Below are positions 47,891 to 61,332 of a DNA stretch of 64,000 bases, in pieces (positions within the stretch are counted from its first letter, which is position 1; every line of letters begins with the position of its first letter). The DNA is from Lama glama (taxonomy: Eukaryota): positions 39,124,001 through 39,188,000 of the forward strand of contig CM052817.1 of NCBI GenBank assembly GCA_028534125.1. The letters are read 5' to 3'. The translations under genes and the position numbers were made by a program. The notes below the pieces were generated by a model. It saw only the letters and a program-made list of their open reading frames with translations. It was not told the DNA's origin and did no database searches.

Positions 47891-50800
47891 GCCTGTTTGT
47901 AATAGCTACAGCAGTCTCTAGCATCCCATTGGAACAGGCGAAAAAGAGTCTGCCATGCTTTGTCTCTTCCCAAGAAAGAGGGAAGTTTATCAGACTGATG
48001 CTCAAGCTCACTGGCTAGATCTGCATCACACGACGCTGCCTGAGTCAGCCTTGACAAGGGTGTGGGAATCACCGTGGCTGGCTGTCGTAAACAAAACTGG
48101 CCTTGGGCTGGGGATGGGGCCAGCCTTCCCCAAAGTATAAGGCAACGTGGAGGAAGGTTAGAAGTGTGGACAAAGTCAAGGGAAAGAGGGGAGAGGGGAT
48201 GGAAATTAGGGAGGCAACGGATATTCTAGCTAAAGCCTAACTAGGTTTTCTCATCACTGAAGAGGGCAGTGTATTACCTCATGGACTGTGTGTGAGACAG
48301 TGGTGTGTAAGCATTTTGTAACCCATAAAACTATTTTACTAACTTAAGATAGTTAAATTGGTCTGAATTAGACTATCCTTTTTTTTTTTTGAGTAAGACT
48401 ATTCTGAACATTTCTCTATTTCTCTGTTTTACTCAAGGTTTGCTGGTGCTCTGATGATAGTTGTTATTATATTGTGGAAATATCTTTTCAAAGCATTAAG
48501 AAATGAATTGAAGAGGAAAAATACATTTAGTTGCCCTTAGCACATTTTCTTTCCACCAATAGATTAACATATGTTTCCCCCTTGTCTTGCATTGCAAATG
48601 TTTTCCCCTTCTTTCTTATATCCATGAGCTGCTGCACTTGAAACATGGTATCATTTCAAAGCTAGATATTTATGGGAATGAAATGTTCATTAATAAAAGC
48701 CTGCAGAACTCATTGAGGCATTTATTTGCCCATGGATAGCAACACATAACAAAGTACCTTCCCTGAGGTCGACTGCTGGCAGAGTTGAGACAATCATTGC
48801 ACAGTTATTAAGGGCCTACAAGGCGGTAGGTGCTGATTAGGACATGTAATACACATCATCTCTGACCTAGAAATACAGGAGTTACCAGGTCCAGTTATAG
48901 ATCAAATGCACTTTGTATTCTACCTGCTTGTGAACAGGTAACCAGGCCCTTTCATCTAAACCATAAATTCGTAAAGCAATGTGGTTTACCCAAAGATAAT
49001 TTTGTTCCATTTTCCTGGACCGAAATTTCCCCCAGTTTAAATAAAGATAAACTTTGAAAAAATAAAACCGTGCAGAATAAAATTATAATTAACCAAAGTG
49101 TGGGGTGGGTTTAGGGGTTGGGGGTTATTTGTCATGCAGGAGGGTGGAGCTCTTGCATTTTTCTTGCCTCATGTCTCTTTACTGGTATGAGTCCTTCATA
49201 GAAAACTTCTTGGACCCTGTTGATGGCAAAGCAGGAATCACTGATTTTAGGCTAATGACACATTGACTTCTCTTGTCAAAGGCTGTAGGCAAGGGGTGCC
49301 TGCCTGATAGAAAACAAGGCATCCTCTTCTCAATTTTTATATAGATGTTTCCTTTGATCACAAATACTTTAGGGCAAGGCACGTGGCTATATTGTTTTGT
49401 TTTTAGCCATTTATTCATTCTACAAATATGGGGACTGCACTAGAGTCTTAAGTAAAATAAATACGATTTTTCACTCTGTGCAGCCTGTCCATTAGCAGGG
49501 AAGACCGTCATTAGTCTAATAATCAGGTCTGCATCTAACTTTTGTGGGACCTGGGGAAAGAGGACAAATAGATGCCATGTGTCAAATATTTAAATATTTA
49601 TAAGTGGTAAGCTTTGCCCTTGGCCCAATTCAAGTTCCCTTTCAGAGCCTGGACGTTAACACCCTGGGGATTACCTTTGTGATCTGGAGGGTAAGGATCC
49701 TTGCTCTCTCCCAGGTCCGTCCTACCACCTGTGACCCTAAGCAGCAGCAAGGAGCTTCTGGCATCAGGCAGGAAAGAAGGGGGCTGGGTTTTGGAGTCCA
49801 GGGTGGTGACTGAACTCACCTGGCACCGGCACAGGGAAGGATGTTGTCCAGGTGTCCAGGGAACTGGGCTGAGACCTATTCCTCGTGCCTCACTTTCTCA
49901 TCCCCTTTAAGATAGTTCTAAGCACCCCTCCACCAGCAAAGCAAGGGATGGCATGCAGTCATCTGGGATACCTGTCTGCTCTGGGAGTTCAGGGGCAGAG
50001 GCTGAGGTTTTCTTCTCCCCCGACGTAAACTCACTTGCTCTCAGCCCAGTGTGCTTTGGTCTGCATGGTTCAGTCTGCTCAGCACATCCGTCTTCCATGA
50101 TTCACTCAGAAATAGACTGAACTCTCAACCACTTTTCTTTGGAGATTGAAAAAGAAAAAAAAGTATGTGCATTTTGATATTTGCGGTATGTGCGGTTCTC
50201 TAAAGCAAGGGGCTGAGGACAGAATTCCTCCGCCTGGGTTCAGGTGGGCTCACCAGTCATCTTACAAACGTGTGTGTGGTTATAAGCCATGAGAAGGGCC
50301 ATGAAGGAAGAGACAGGGGACTGGGAGGGAGTCCACCCAGGAACCCACTTAGAGGAGTGGTGTGTCAGGAAAGGCCTCCTGGAGGAAGTTATATTTAAGC
50401 TGAGGTTGGAATCTCAACAACATTGACGCTGAATCTGAGCAATGTTCTCAACTCAGTTATGAATTTCATAGAAAGTTAGATTGCAACTTGGGTTTTTACA
50501 AAATGTGATCTTCATGTTTCTTTTTGTAAAAGTAACAACTAACTATTCATCACAAAAAGGATCAAGTAATGTAGGCGTTTAAAATAAAAAAAAATGGCTA
50601 TTTTCTATAAGTTCACCTCTCAGTAAATTTGAAATCAATAATGTGATGTAATTTTTTCCAAGATTTCTCTTCATACATACACCAGATTTTCTATGTGTGT
50701 ATAAAAATAATCACTTACTATTTTATAAGCACGGCTTTAGGTTGAGGGTTCTTTTCCATCTCCATGGTAACTACCAGTTGACTAATCACCCACTTTCCAA

Positions 50801-52864
50801 CTCAGCAGAGGACTGAATATGTCCAATGTGTATTCCTTGCTATGAGGTAGAAAACGTGAATAATTACTGCATCTAAAACCAAGGTCCATAAGGTTTGTGT
50901 GTTGTCCTGCAGGAACCGGTCTTCTGCCATGGTGCAAAATCTAGTGGGTTGGAAATGATTGCAGCTCAGTTATTGTTTGTTTCCTTGATTTTCCATTATC
51001 ATTATTGTTGATGTTATTGCTGTTATTATTTTTCCTTTGCTTATTTCCAAATGATGCATGAAGTTGCTTTATTGTCTCCCTTCAAATGCCTGGGGACCCA
51101 GTCTTTTTATATTTGTAAACACACTTCAGGCCAATTCTGTAAACTATGGGCCACACCGAATAATGAACTCCCTCTTGGTCTTGTTAGCACTTGTTGCCTA
51201 TGTTGGCCCTGGGAATGACTTTAGAGAGTCCTAAACCTACCGTCAGTGTTTGGCTTAGTCATTTACTTGTGGTGTGGACTTGGACAGGCACCCTCATTTC
51301 TCAGCATCCTGCTTGAAACACAGAATATCAGAATTTGCTCTGTCCTCCTCTCAGTGGTACTGAAAGATTAGTGAGATACAGTGTGTGAAAGGGTTTTGTA
51401 AACTGTGAAGTTTCTACTAATACTTTCTAGGATAAGCTTCCATTTAACTGAGAGATCACTGCTTCTCTCTGCTCTTTTTAATGACCGTTTCCAGAGTCTC
51501 ATTCTCTAGGAAGCGTGTCCTGAACCAAATAAGCTAAAGATAGAAAAGTGTGCTCATTTTAATTCCGTCAACATCAATAAATATACTTGGGTTTTTTTTT
51601 AATATAGAAAAGTTTTATATGTAATTTTGTATATAGCATCCTTTATTTTAGTTTGTGGCCTGAAACTTATAAATAACCACCTTACAAATATCCCCCAAGT
51701 TCAAACATTACCTTCTCTATGGAAATTCTGATGGTAAGATGAAGGCAACTTGCATTTTTAATCAGTCGGCAGCTGACTTTTTTTATGGTTGATATAGAAT
51801 TATGGTCTATTATCTATAGTTTGTTGCAAATAATGCCTAGGAAAGGTTTTAAGTGATTCATTAGGTGGTAATTTAGGTCCATGCATATTAGTATTGTTAA
51901 TTAATGGTAATAAAAACAATCCAAACGTTGGCATAGGGAGAGGTGACATCAAGTTTGATAGACCTTCTTGAGAAGGTTCCAAACGCCCCATAGATTTGGG
52001 GGTTTTGTTTGAGCAGCTTTGACCACTCTCACAATCTCTGAAGCTGAAGCCAAGATGAGTTATCACTCATTTAATGTGTGGGCTGTTTCCTCCCCCACCA
52101 CCCTAATTGTAAATTACACAATCTCAACCTCTACAGCCAGCATTTAATATATCTGACTTTATTGCTTTCCATTTTATGAAAATTAATTACAGTTCACATT
52201 CTGACACTGAAATTAAAGAGTAAGCACTAAATCTTGTACACAACAATAGGGAATTAAGAGAACATTCTTTATTATCAGAATAATGGGGTGCTTGTTTTTC
52301 TTCTCTTGAGGCACTGGGCAGTGAGATAAAATCAGATTTAAACAGACATCATGCCTCCTTAACTTGTGCCACTGCAACAGGGAAGACAGAATAGAATTAT
52401 GATATTTTTATTAAAAAGCTCCGACTCTTTATGTTTTCTCTAGGGGGACACTGTTTTGTGATAGCACTGCGGGCTGTGGAACTCTGTCCCTGAAGGCTCT
52501 ATCTTAACTAGGAGATAAAGAGATGTAGGGAGTGAGACAACTGGTCTCTGCACCAACAGTAGACCAGATTCAGTGGATTCTATGAATGCCTCCAACAGGA
52601 AAGAATATCTATAGAGAAAAAGTATAGTATAAATGGCAAAGAGTTTGGGATGTGTATGTGGTATAAATGTGCTACTTGTGATAGTCTACCTCTGGCCACA
52701 GGTTTTCCAAAGGCAACAATCATATATAATATCCAACTCTAAAGCACTTTACAGTTTGTATTTTCCAATATATCATTTCATTTAGCACTCACATTAATCT
52801 AGTAATAAAGTTATTTTTTTAATAGATCAATCAAGCATCTGTGTTTACCTCACAAAATATATCT

Positions 52865-53058
52865 GAGTGGTTCCTAAATCCTTTTCTTTTTGCCATGGAT
52901 CCATTAAAAAAAACCATTATGATGAACTCCAATATGTAAATTAGTGGTGAAAAGATAGAAGGGGGTCAGACATCTGTTCACTTGGTCTCTTCCAGTCCTT
53001 AGCTACATTCTCTGAGGCATTTCCGCGGTGATCCATGGAACACAGTTTGAAAATCCAT
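52865..53058 (-). mobile_element. hAT-Charlie MITE (MER117-like)
   Basis: Degenerate TIRs gagtggttcctaaa ... ggaacacagtttgaaaatccatag; ctgaggcatttccgcgg core. Confidence 0.55.
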
Positions 53059-53949
53059 AGTATATAATTTAAAGGATTCAGTAAATGTTGTTGCAAACAG
53101 TAGCAATCTCAGGGGCAAAAATCATAAAAGACCAGCTTCACAGCTGGCTTGAGGTTGTCATTAGGCTGGGGTAAACAAGGGACCAGCAGACTAGCTAGAA
53201 ATTCAGCAGGGAGATCTGGGGAAATGAGGTAGCCGTAATGGGCTTTGATAAGCTCTCACATATCCCTGGCGGTTTGGAAGGATGCATGCTTGTCAAAGTG
53301 CGTGCACATTCTCAAAAAGACTGGAGAGGGCCTAGTGATCTACTGGTCTCTGGTCCAGCTGAGGTCTAGAGCATGCTCAGAGGAGACATGAGAAGACCCA
53401 GCGAAAGGCAAAAGCAACATCAACTGATTGAGCTTTGAATGCATTCCCTAACTCATACACAGCTCCATGGCAAAGAGTGAAAACCTTACTGGCTCAAGGT
53501 GTTTAAGCACAACTTTTGACCAATCATTGATTGATGACTAAGCTATGCTAATTGACAGACAACCTTTTGGAAGACAGGCTTAAATATGAAAACAATAATT
53601 AAACAGCAGCAGCAATAACAACAAGAAACTCAGCAGAGACATGAGCACAATGCAGGGAAGACAGACTCTACAGTACTAGTTAAGTTACTAATGAAACCAT
53701 AACTCCCTGGGGGGGAATCAGAATCTAGAATTGCTACAACATCTGAAATGCCTAATTTTACACACACCCAAATTATGAGATGGGCCCAGAAACAGGGAAG
53801 TGTGGCATACACAGAAGGGGGAAAGCGGTCAATAGAAACCATCTCTGAGAGCGTCTAGGTATTGGACTTAGTAAACGCTCTAGTTTGTTATTGTAAATGT
53901 GCTCAAAGGAGTAAATTATGTTTAAAGACTTAAAGGAAAAGAAACACTG

Positions 53950-54230
53950 ACGATCCACCTCTTTAGCAAATTTCAGGTATACAATATAGTATTATTAACT
54001 ATAGTAACCACACTATACATTAGATCCCCAGAGCTTTTTCATCTCATAACTGAAAGTTTGTACCCTTTGACTAACATCTCCCCATTTCCCTGACCCTTTA
54101 GCCCCTAGTAAAAAAAAAAAAAGGGTTACTCTGTGAAATGGTGGTTATGTTAATTAGCTTGATTGTGTTAATCATTTCACAGTGTATGCATATATTAAGC
54201 CATCATGTGTACCTTAAATAAATAAAATTT
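53950..54230. mobile_element. L1MA8/9-like 3' end with a twin-priming inversion; its tail is displaced to 55121-55168 on the minus strand
   Basis: 53952-54110 is the upstream 3'UTR part on minus; 54110-54225 is the downstream part on plus; the terminal gtcaattatgcctcaataaagctgggaaaaaa is found reverse-complemented at 55121-55152. Confidence 0.8.
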
Positions 54231-54283
54231 CCATTTGGTTCCTTTAGAAATAATTTCTATCTCTTTATTGATAGTCTTTATTT

Positions 54284-54320
<37 letters not shown>

Positions 54321-55074
54321 ATTTTTTATTGATTTATAATCATTTTACAATGTTGTGTCAAATTCCAGTGTTCAGCACAATTTTTCAGTCATTCATGGAC
54401 AAATACACACTCATTGTCACATTTTTTTCTCTNNNNNNNNNNNNNNNNNNNNNNNNNNNNNNNNNNNNNNNNNNNNNNNNNNNNNNNNNNNNNNNNNNNN
54501 NNNNNNNNNNNNNNNNNNNNNNNNNNNNNNNNNNNNNNNNNNNNNNNNNNNNNNNNNNNNNNNNNNNNNNNNNNNNNNNNNNNNNNNNNNNNNNNNNNNN
54601 NNNNNNNNNNNNNNNNNNNNNNNNNNNNNNNNNNNNNNNNNNNNNNNNNNNNNNNNNNNNNNNNNNNNNNNNNNNNNNNNNNNNNNNNNNNNNNNNNNNN
54701 NNNNNNNNNNNNNNNNNNNNNNNNNNNNNNNNNNNNNNNNNNNNNNNNNNNNNNNNNNNNNNNNNNNNNNNNNNNNNNNNNNNNNNNNNNNNNNNNNNNN
54801 NNNNNNNNNNNNNNNNNNNNNNNNNNNNNNNNNNNNNNNNNNNNNNNNNNNNNNNNNNNNNNNNNNNNNNNNNNNNNNNNNNNNNNNNNNNNNNNNNNNN
54901 NNNNNNNNNNNNNNNNNNNNNNNNNNNNNNNNTGTTTTCCATAGTGGCTGCACCAAACTGCATTCCCACCAGCAGTGTAGGAGGGTTCCCCTTTCTCCAC
55001 AGCCTCTCCAGCATTTGTCATTTTTGGATTTTTGAATGACGGCCATTCTGACTGGTGTGAGGTGATACCTCATT
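54284..55074 (-). mobile_element. Young lineage-specific L1 3' end (camelid-like), containing the 500-N gap 54433-54932
   Basis: 12-bp TSD tagtctttattt at 54272-54283 and 55075-55086; (TTTA)n tail; track peptide [38 protein letters not shown] (ORF2 Cys-rich domain). Confidence 0.95.
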
Positions 55075-56579
55075 TAGTCTTTATTTGATGAATCACTTTT
55101 GTCATGCTTTCCTGTAATTCTTTTTTCCCAGCTTTATTGAGGCATAATTGACAAATAAATATTGTACAAAGTATGTTCTCTGATCCAATAGAATTAAATT
55201 AGAAATCAACAATAGAAATAAATTTTGGAAGTCTACAAATCTATGGAAATTAAAAAAGGAACACATCTAAATAACTCATGGGTCAAAGAAGAAATCACAA
55301 GAGAAATTAGAAAATAACTTGAGTTGAACGAAAATGGAAACAACATACTAAAATTTAAGGGATGTCTCTAAAACAGCATTCAGAGGAAAATTTATCATTC
55401 TAAACACCCAAATTAGTAAAGACAAAACATCAGAAATAAATAACTGAAGGAACTAGAAAAAGAAGAGCCAACTAAACCCAAAGCAATTTGAAGGAAGGAA
55501 ATAGAACATATACAAGAAAATGGAAAACAGAAAAACAATAGAAGAAATCAATGAAACCAAAAGTTGGTTCTTTGAAAAAATTTTTTAAAAATTGCCAAAC
55601 CTTTATCTAGACCCAGCAAGCAAAGAAGAGAGAAGGTTCAAGGAAGTCAAAAATAAAAGAGGGGAAATCACTAGTGCCCTTGCAAAATGAAAGGATTAAA
55701 AAAGAATCCTATGAGCAACTTTATACCAGTATGTTAGAAAACTTAGATGAAATGGTCAAATTCTTAGACAGACACAAACGTGACTCATGAGAAAAGAGAA
55801 AATTTGAATAGACTTATTAAAAAGTAAAGAAATTGAATTATATGAAAAATATTCCCACAAGGAAAAAGTCAGGTCCAGATGGCTTTGCAGATGAATTTTA
55901 TCAAAGATGTAGAGAATAAATAATGCCAATCCTTCACAAACTCTTCTAGAAAATTGAGGGGGAGGGAACACTTTTTAACTCATTCTATAAGCCAGAATTA
56001 CTCTAATATTAAAGCCAGACAGAGACATTACAAGGAAACTGTGGACTAACATCCATCATAATATACATATAAAAATCTTAAAGAAAAAATTAGCAAACTG
56101 AATAAAGCAGCATATATAAAGGATCATATACAAGGATGAAGAATGCAAGGTAGGTTTTACATCCAAAAGTCAATTTCAGTGTAATTCATCATATTAATAG
56201 AATAAAGGATGAAAGTGACACAATCATCTCAATACGTGCAGGAGATTTGACAAAATTGAACACCCATGCATGACAAAAATTCTCAACAAACCAGGAACGT
56301 AAGGGAACTTCCTCAGCCTGATAAAGGGCATTTGTGAAACGTCTATAGCTAACATTAAACTGAATGATGAAAGACTGAGTGCCTTCCCTAAGTTCAGGAA
56401 AAAGCCAAGCATGTTTGCTGTCATGACGTCTATTCACAATTATACTGGATGTTCTATCTAGTAAAGTCTGACAGGAAAAACAAATAAAAGACATCTGGAA
56501 TGGAAAGAAAGAAGTGAAAGTCTCATTATTCAGAGCATTATCCTATGTATTTAAAAATCCTATGAATACACAAAGAAAC

Positions 56580-57181
56580 TATAAAGCAGTCAGATGGAAG
56601 TGGTCAATTAGGGCAACAAGACAAACTAAGGGTAGCAATCAAACCTTTATTTACTTACTGTGACCTAACAAGAGAGAGGCAGCATTCCATTTTTCTTAAC
56701 AGAACGGCACTGGATGGGGGTCAGGTGGAAGCAGTGCAGATGGGGAGATCATCTTGAAAGGCTGCTGTTTCTTTATGGACCCGTGGTCCACGGGGAGAAG
56801 GAAGTAGGAGAGGGGAAAGGGCTAGGAGTAGAAGACCACTATGTCAACATGGGGCGAAGTGCCTCAGTTAAGGCCCCTCATAAGTAGGTCTCTGCAGAGG
56901 TATGAGGGAAGTGCTTCATTCCAGGCCTCCAGTAAGGATTCCTCTGAATGGAGGTACCTTGGCTGAGAATGCAGATAATCATGTGAGCATGGCTGGCCTG
57001 GACTGGGGAAACTGAGTCCCAGACTGCAGGATTGAGAATACTGCAGTGCACTGGCTATGCACCAGGTCTGCTCTGGGAAGGGAAGTTTACCTCCATGAGG
57101 CCTGTCACACAGTTTTGTGATTGCTTATGGTCAAGTCTGAAGAATCACACATAGGATTTTGGCCTGGAGCCAGACTCCTCA
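56580..57181 (-). mobile_element. Solo ERVL LTR (MER70-like), 602 bp, inserted in the old L1 ORF2
   Basis: 5-bp TSD gaaac at 56575-56579 and 57182-57186; minus strand starts TGAGGAGTC; AATAAA on minus at ~56646-56651; host L1 is collinear across it. Family name is tentative. Confidence 0.8.
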
Positions 57182-59034
57182 GAAACTACTAAAACTAATA
57201 AACGAGTTCAGTGAGGTTGTTGGATATAAGATCAATATACAAAACTCAATTGTGTTTCTATGTAGTAGCAATGAACCCCCCAAAAATAAAATTAAGGAAA
57301 CAATTACATAAAAAATAGCATCAAGAAGAGGAAAATATTTAGGAATATATTTAACAAAAAATGTGAAATATATGTACACTGAGAAAAATTTTAAAATATC
57401 TGAATAAATGATGAGATATTCAATGTTTATGGAGTTGAAGACTCAATATTGTTAAGATGACAGTTTCTTCCACATTGATCTATAAATTCAGTGGAATACC
57501 TACTAAAATCCCAGCAGGCTTTTTTTTCAGAAATTAACAAATTTATCCTAAAATTTCTATAGAAGTGCAAAGACACAGAAGAGCCAAAGTAATTCTGACA
57601 AAGGCTGAAGTTGAAAGACTTAAGCTTCCCACTTTAAAAACTTACTATGAGCTTTAGCTCATTAATCAAAATAATGTGGTACTGGTATAAGACCTGTCAA
57701 TGAAACAGAGTTGAGAGTCCAGAAATAAACCCTTACAGTTAGGGTCAACTGATTTTTGACAAAGGTACCTAGCCAGTATAATGAGAGAAAGGATTTATTT
57801 TCAACAAATGATTGTGATGCAATTGGATATCTACTTGAAAAAGATGAATTTAGAATTACACCCCACACCATACAAAAAGAATCAGCTCAAACTGGATCAT
57901 AGACCTAAATGTAAAAATAAAATGAAACTTTCCATGAAAACATAGGAGAATATCTTTAGGATCTTGGGTTAGGCAAAGAGTGTTCAGATAAAACACCAAA
58001 GCATAATTCATCCAAGAAAAATGTTGATACATGACTATATCACAATTAAAACCTTTTAAGCTTCAAAAGGAAACTATTAAGAAAATTGAAAGACAAGGCA
58101 CAAACTAGGAGTAAAATGTTTTCAAAGCATATATTTGACACAAATCCCTTATATCTAGAACATATAAATTACTCTTAAACTCAATAATCAGATGACAATA
58201 GAATAAAAAGGAGCTATATACTTGAATAGATTTTTCACTAAAGAAGATACAAAAGTGGCCAATAAGCACATGAAAGTATGTTCAGCATCAGTAGTTATAG
58301 AAATGCAAATTAAAACTAGTATGAGGTACCACTTCACATCTACTAGAATGACCATAATCAAAAAGATACAATACCAAGTGTTAGTGAGGATGTATAGAAA
58401 TGGAATCCTCACACACTACTGGTAGGAATATATGATGGTACAGCCACTTTGGAAAACAGTTGGGCAATTTCTTGAAAAGTTAAAGATAAATTTATCATAC
58501 AATCTATAATTCTATTCTTAGGTATCTACCCAAGAGAAATGAAAACACAAATCCACACAGAGACTTTTACATAAATATTCAGAGCAGCATCAATTATAAG
58601 TCCATCTGTAAACAAACCAAATGCCCAATAACTGGAGAATACATGAGCAAAAGTGGTACATACGATAGGTATTTTATTTAATAATAAAAAGGAAACAACT
58701 ATTGATACATGTTATAACATGTAACGTAAGATAAACTTCAAAAGATACAACATAAGATAGATAAGCTTCAAAGATATGATGCTGAATAAAAGAAGTCAGA
58801 CACAAAAGACCACCTATTGTGTGATTCTATTTGTATGAAAAGCCCAGAAGAGGCAGAGACAGAAAGCAAATTATTGATTTCCTGGGGCTGGAAGTGGAAA
58901 TGGGGATTGACTGCAGACTGGCACAAAGGATATTTTTGAGATCATCAAAATGTTTTAAAGCTGGATTTTGGTGATGGTTGTACAATTGTATAAATTTACT
59001 AAAAATCATTGAATTATATACTTAAAATAGAAAA

Positions 59035-59290
59035 GGTATTGATTAGGTGAGGATATGGAAGGGGGAAGAATGGAGAGCCACTGGGAACAGCATGTGCAAA
59101 GGCTCTGAGGCAAGAAAGTACTTTGGTGAGTTTGAGGCAGTAAAAGAAATTCAATATTGGTGATGGTTAAAGTACCAATTAAAAAAATAAAGTAGGCCAG
59201 ATCATGGGCCTTGTAAGCCCACTAGGAAGAGAGGATTTAATCCTAATAACTGCAAGGACCTTTCAATGGGTATGTATAGTTAGATTTTTC
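59035..59290 (-). mobile_element. L2 relic
   Basis: gggaacagcatgtgcaaaggctctgaggcaagaaag...ggccagatcatgggccttgtaagcc. Confidence 0.7.
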
Positions 59291-59725
59291 AGTACAACTT
59301 AGAGAAATAACATGCTTGTGATAACTTTTAAGTAAACGTGTTAAAAACAATTAAATATAAAAATTCAAACTCCAGTTTTATTGTGACTTTACAATTTTGG
59401 AAAGGAAGAGTCAGTTCTTTTCATTGTACATGAATGAAAGAGTTCAAAAAAAAAAGTAGAACTAAAACTCTAAGTTTCAGTTCACATTTTATTGTTATTG
59501 AAGAGAAATATAATCTCTGTTGGTTTAGCTATTGACTATAGATCCAAAGTATAATTTTCACAAGAAGTAAAGTTAAACTCTTTACTATACTAAAAAAATC
59601 GAATTCCAAAATTTCAAAAAGGAATAAAATATTTTAAAGAATGACCCGCTTGAAAAGATCTATTTGTTCAACATTGATGATAATGGCTGATAACTATGTT
59701 AGAAGAAAAAAACACCATATACATC

Positions 59726-59770
59726 TTTATATATACATATATGTGTGTGTATACACACACACACACATAT
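59726..59770. repeat. (TA)/(TG)/(CA) compound dinucleotide repeat
   Basis: tatatatacatatatgtgtgtgtatacacacacacac. Confidence 0.85.
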
Positions 59771-61332
59771 GAATACTTAGCATGTCACTAACAAAGAAAC
59801 CAAATCAGAACATGTTTGTCCCATGAACACCTGGTTGAATGTGGATATTGTATATGTTTTAACTTTTTGGTTTTTGAAGGCTTAATATTCTAAATAGCAT
59901 CTATAGATCTTTAAAATTTTTGCTTTCAACATCTAGTCTTACTTTCACTGTGAATTTTTGTTTTTACAGCTATACCTAAGATATAAGATTTAATATGACA
60001 TGTAAGATTATGTCCTTATTATCTATAACTCTTTAAAAGCTTATTACAAGTATAGTAAGAACAATGACATACTGTGAGGTTTGTTCCATTGGTAGAAATA
60101 AAATGTATGAAAGCAATGTCCTAAAGGCAAGGAGGAGGGAAGGGAAAAATATACTGTTAGAAGATTCTTAGCCTCTTGGCTATCTCTTTCAGACCAGCAA
60201 ACACTCACCACTCAATTAGTTTATCAAGTAACTAGTTTGCCTCTCTGATGTCCTTTCTTTAAGATTCTGCCCAATAATGTATCACTAACTTGTTAGTTTC
60301 AAAATGAGAGTTCATCTGAAGAGTCTAATCCATCATTGCAAGTGAAAGTTCCATCATTTTGAATATTGTATCTCCCTAATCCTCTAGTGTTTCTCTCAAA
60401 AATCTCTATTACATGAATTTTGACACTTTTTATTCAAAACTCCGTGTTTCTTAAGCTCTCATATTTTCCAACATTATTGGGTTTTTTCCCCCCATGTCCG
60501 TCATTGTGAAGTTTTAAGTGTAAATTTCACTTCAGTTTCAAAAGAGAAAAGGAAATGAGCAGTATACCCAGAATTAGTGTAAGAGAGAATCTCTGTACAA
60601 AGATACGAATCCTGACATTAAGATACGGAATTTCTCCCTCCTGCTCATCAAAACCCCCACTCTGTAAAGCACTACCAACACCTGACTAGTGGTTGTCACA
60701 TTTTCCCTAAGCCAACCTTCATTCTCAGCCCCATCTTGGCTTTTCCCTCACCTGTGATCCTTTGTCTCTCTAGAGTGAAGGCAACCAGGCTGAATAAAAG
60801 CAACAGGGTGATTGTGTGATGGGGACCAGTGGCTCCCAGACACTGGGTTAAGAGGCCACCAAATTGATTTCACTTGAGAGCAAATTCAGGTCTGAACCCA
60901 GTTTTTCAGAGGTGAAAGAGATCTATTGATTTTCGTCACAGTCAGTTTAAAACTGAAATGATCACCATTTTAACTGTGTCGGACTTAACAGATCTATTGG
61001 AAATGAGTATCGTTGCCTCTGGAAGCTGTTTTTCTTTTGACTGAATTCTGTGTTGTACATCTGTGATGGGACCTAAAGTAATCAGACAGTGAAAAGCAGC
61101 TGGGAACTTCTGTGGTGGCTGTTATTTACCTCTCTAGGTAAATTTAGCCGGCCAGGGAGGGCGAACAGCTAGTTCACAGAAATGTCTGCAATACCTGAGT
61201 TCCCCCGATGGAAGTGAGTCACCTAAACCACTGTTCAAATCACCTGTGAGCTGAAATCATTTCTGTAAACACCTCAACCATTCCAGCTGTTACAGAAAGA
61301 GTGCTCCCAGGGTCTACAGAAGAGGCATTTCT

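Larger units (their letters stand above)
53100..59030 (+). mobile_element. Ancient, formerly near full-length L1 (L1M4/L1MB8/L1ME-type), disrupted by three insertions and an inversion-deletion
   Basis: 53100-53940 is old L1 5'/ORF1-start sequence; 55165-58750 is degraded ORF2 (track: MNRFFTKEDTKVANKHMKVCS...MRYHFT); 3'UTR to ~59030. Confidence 0.85.

Noticed and set aside
58715..58775. Short imperfect tandem duplication in the old L1
   Set aside because: Ordinary slippage duplication; not an array.
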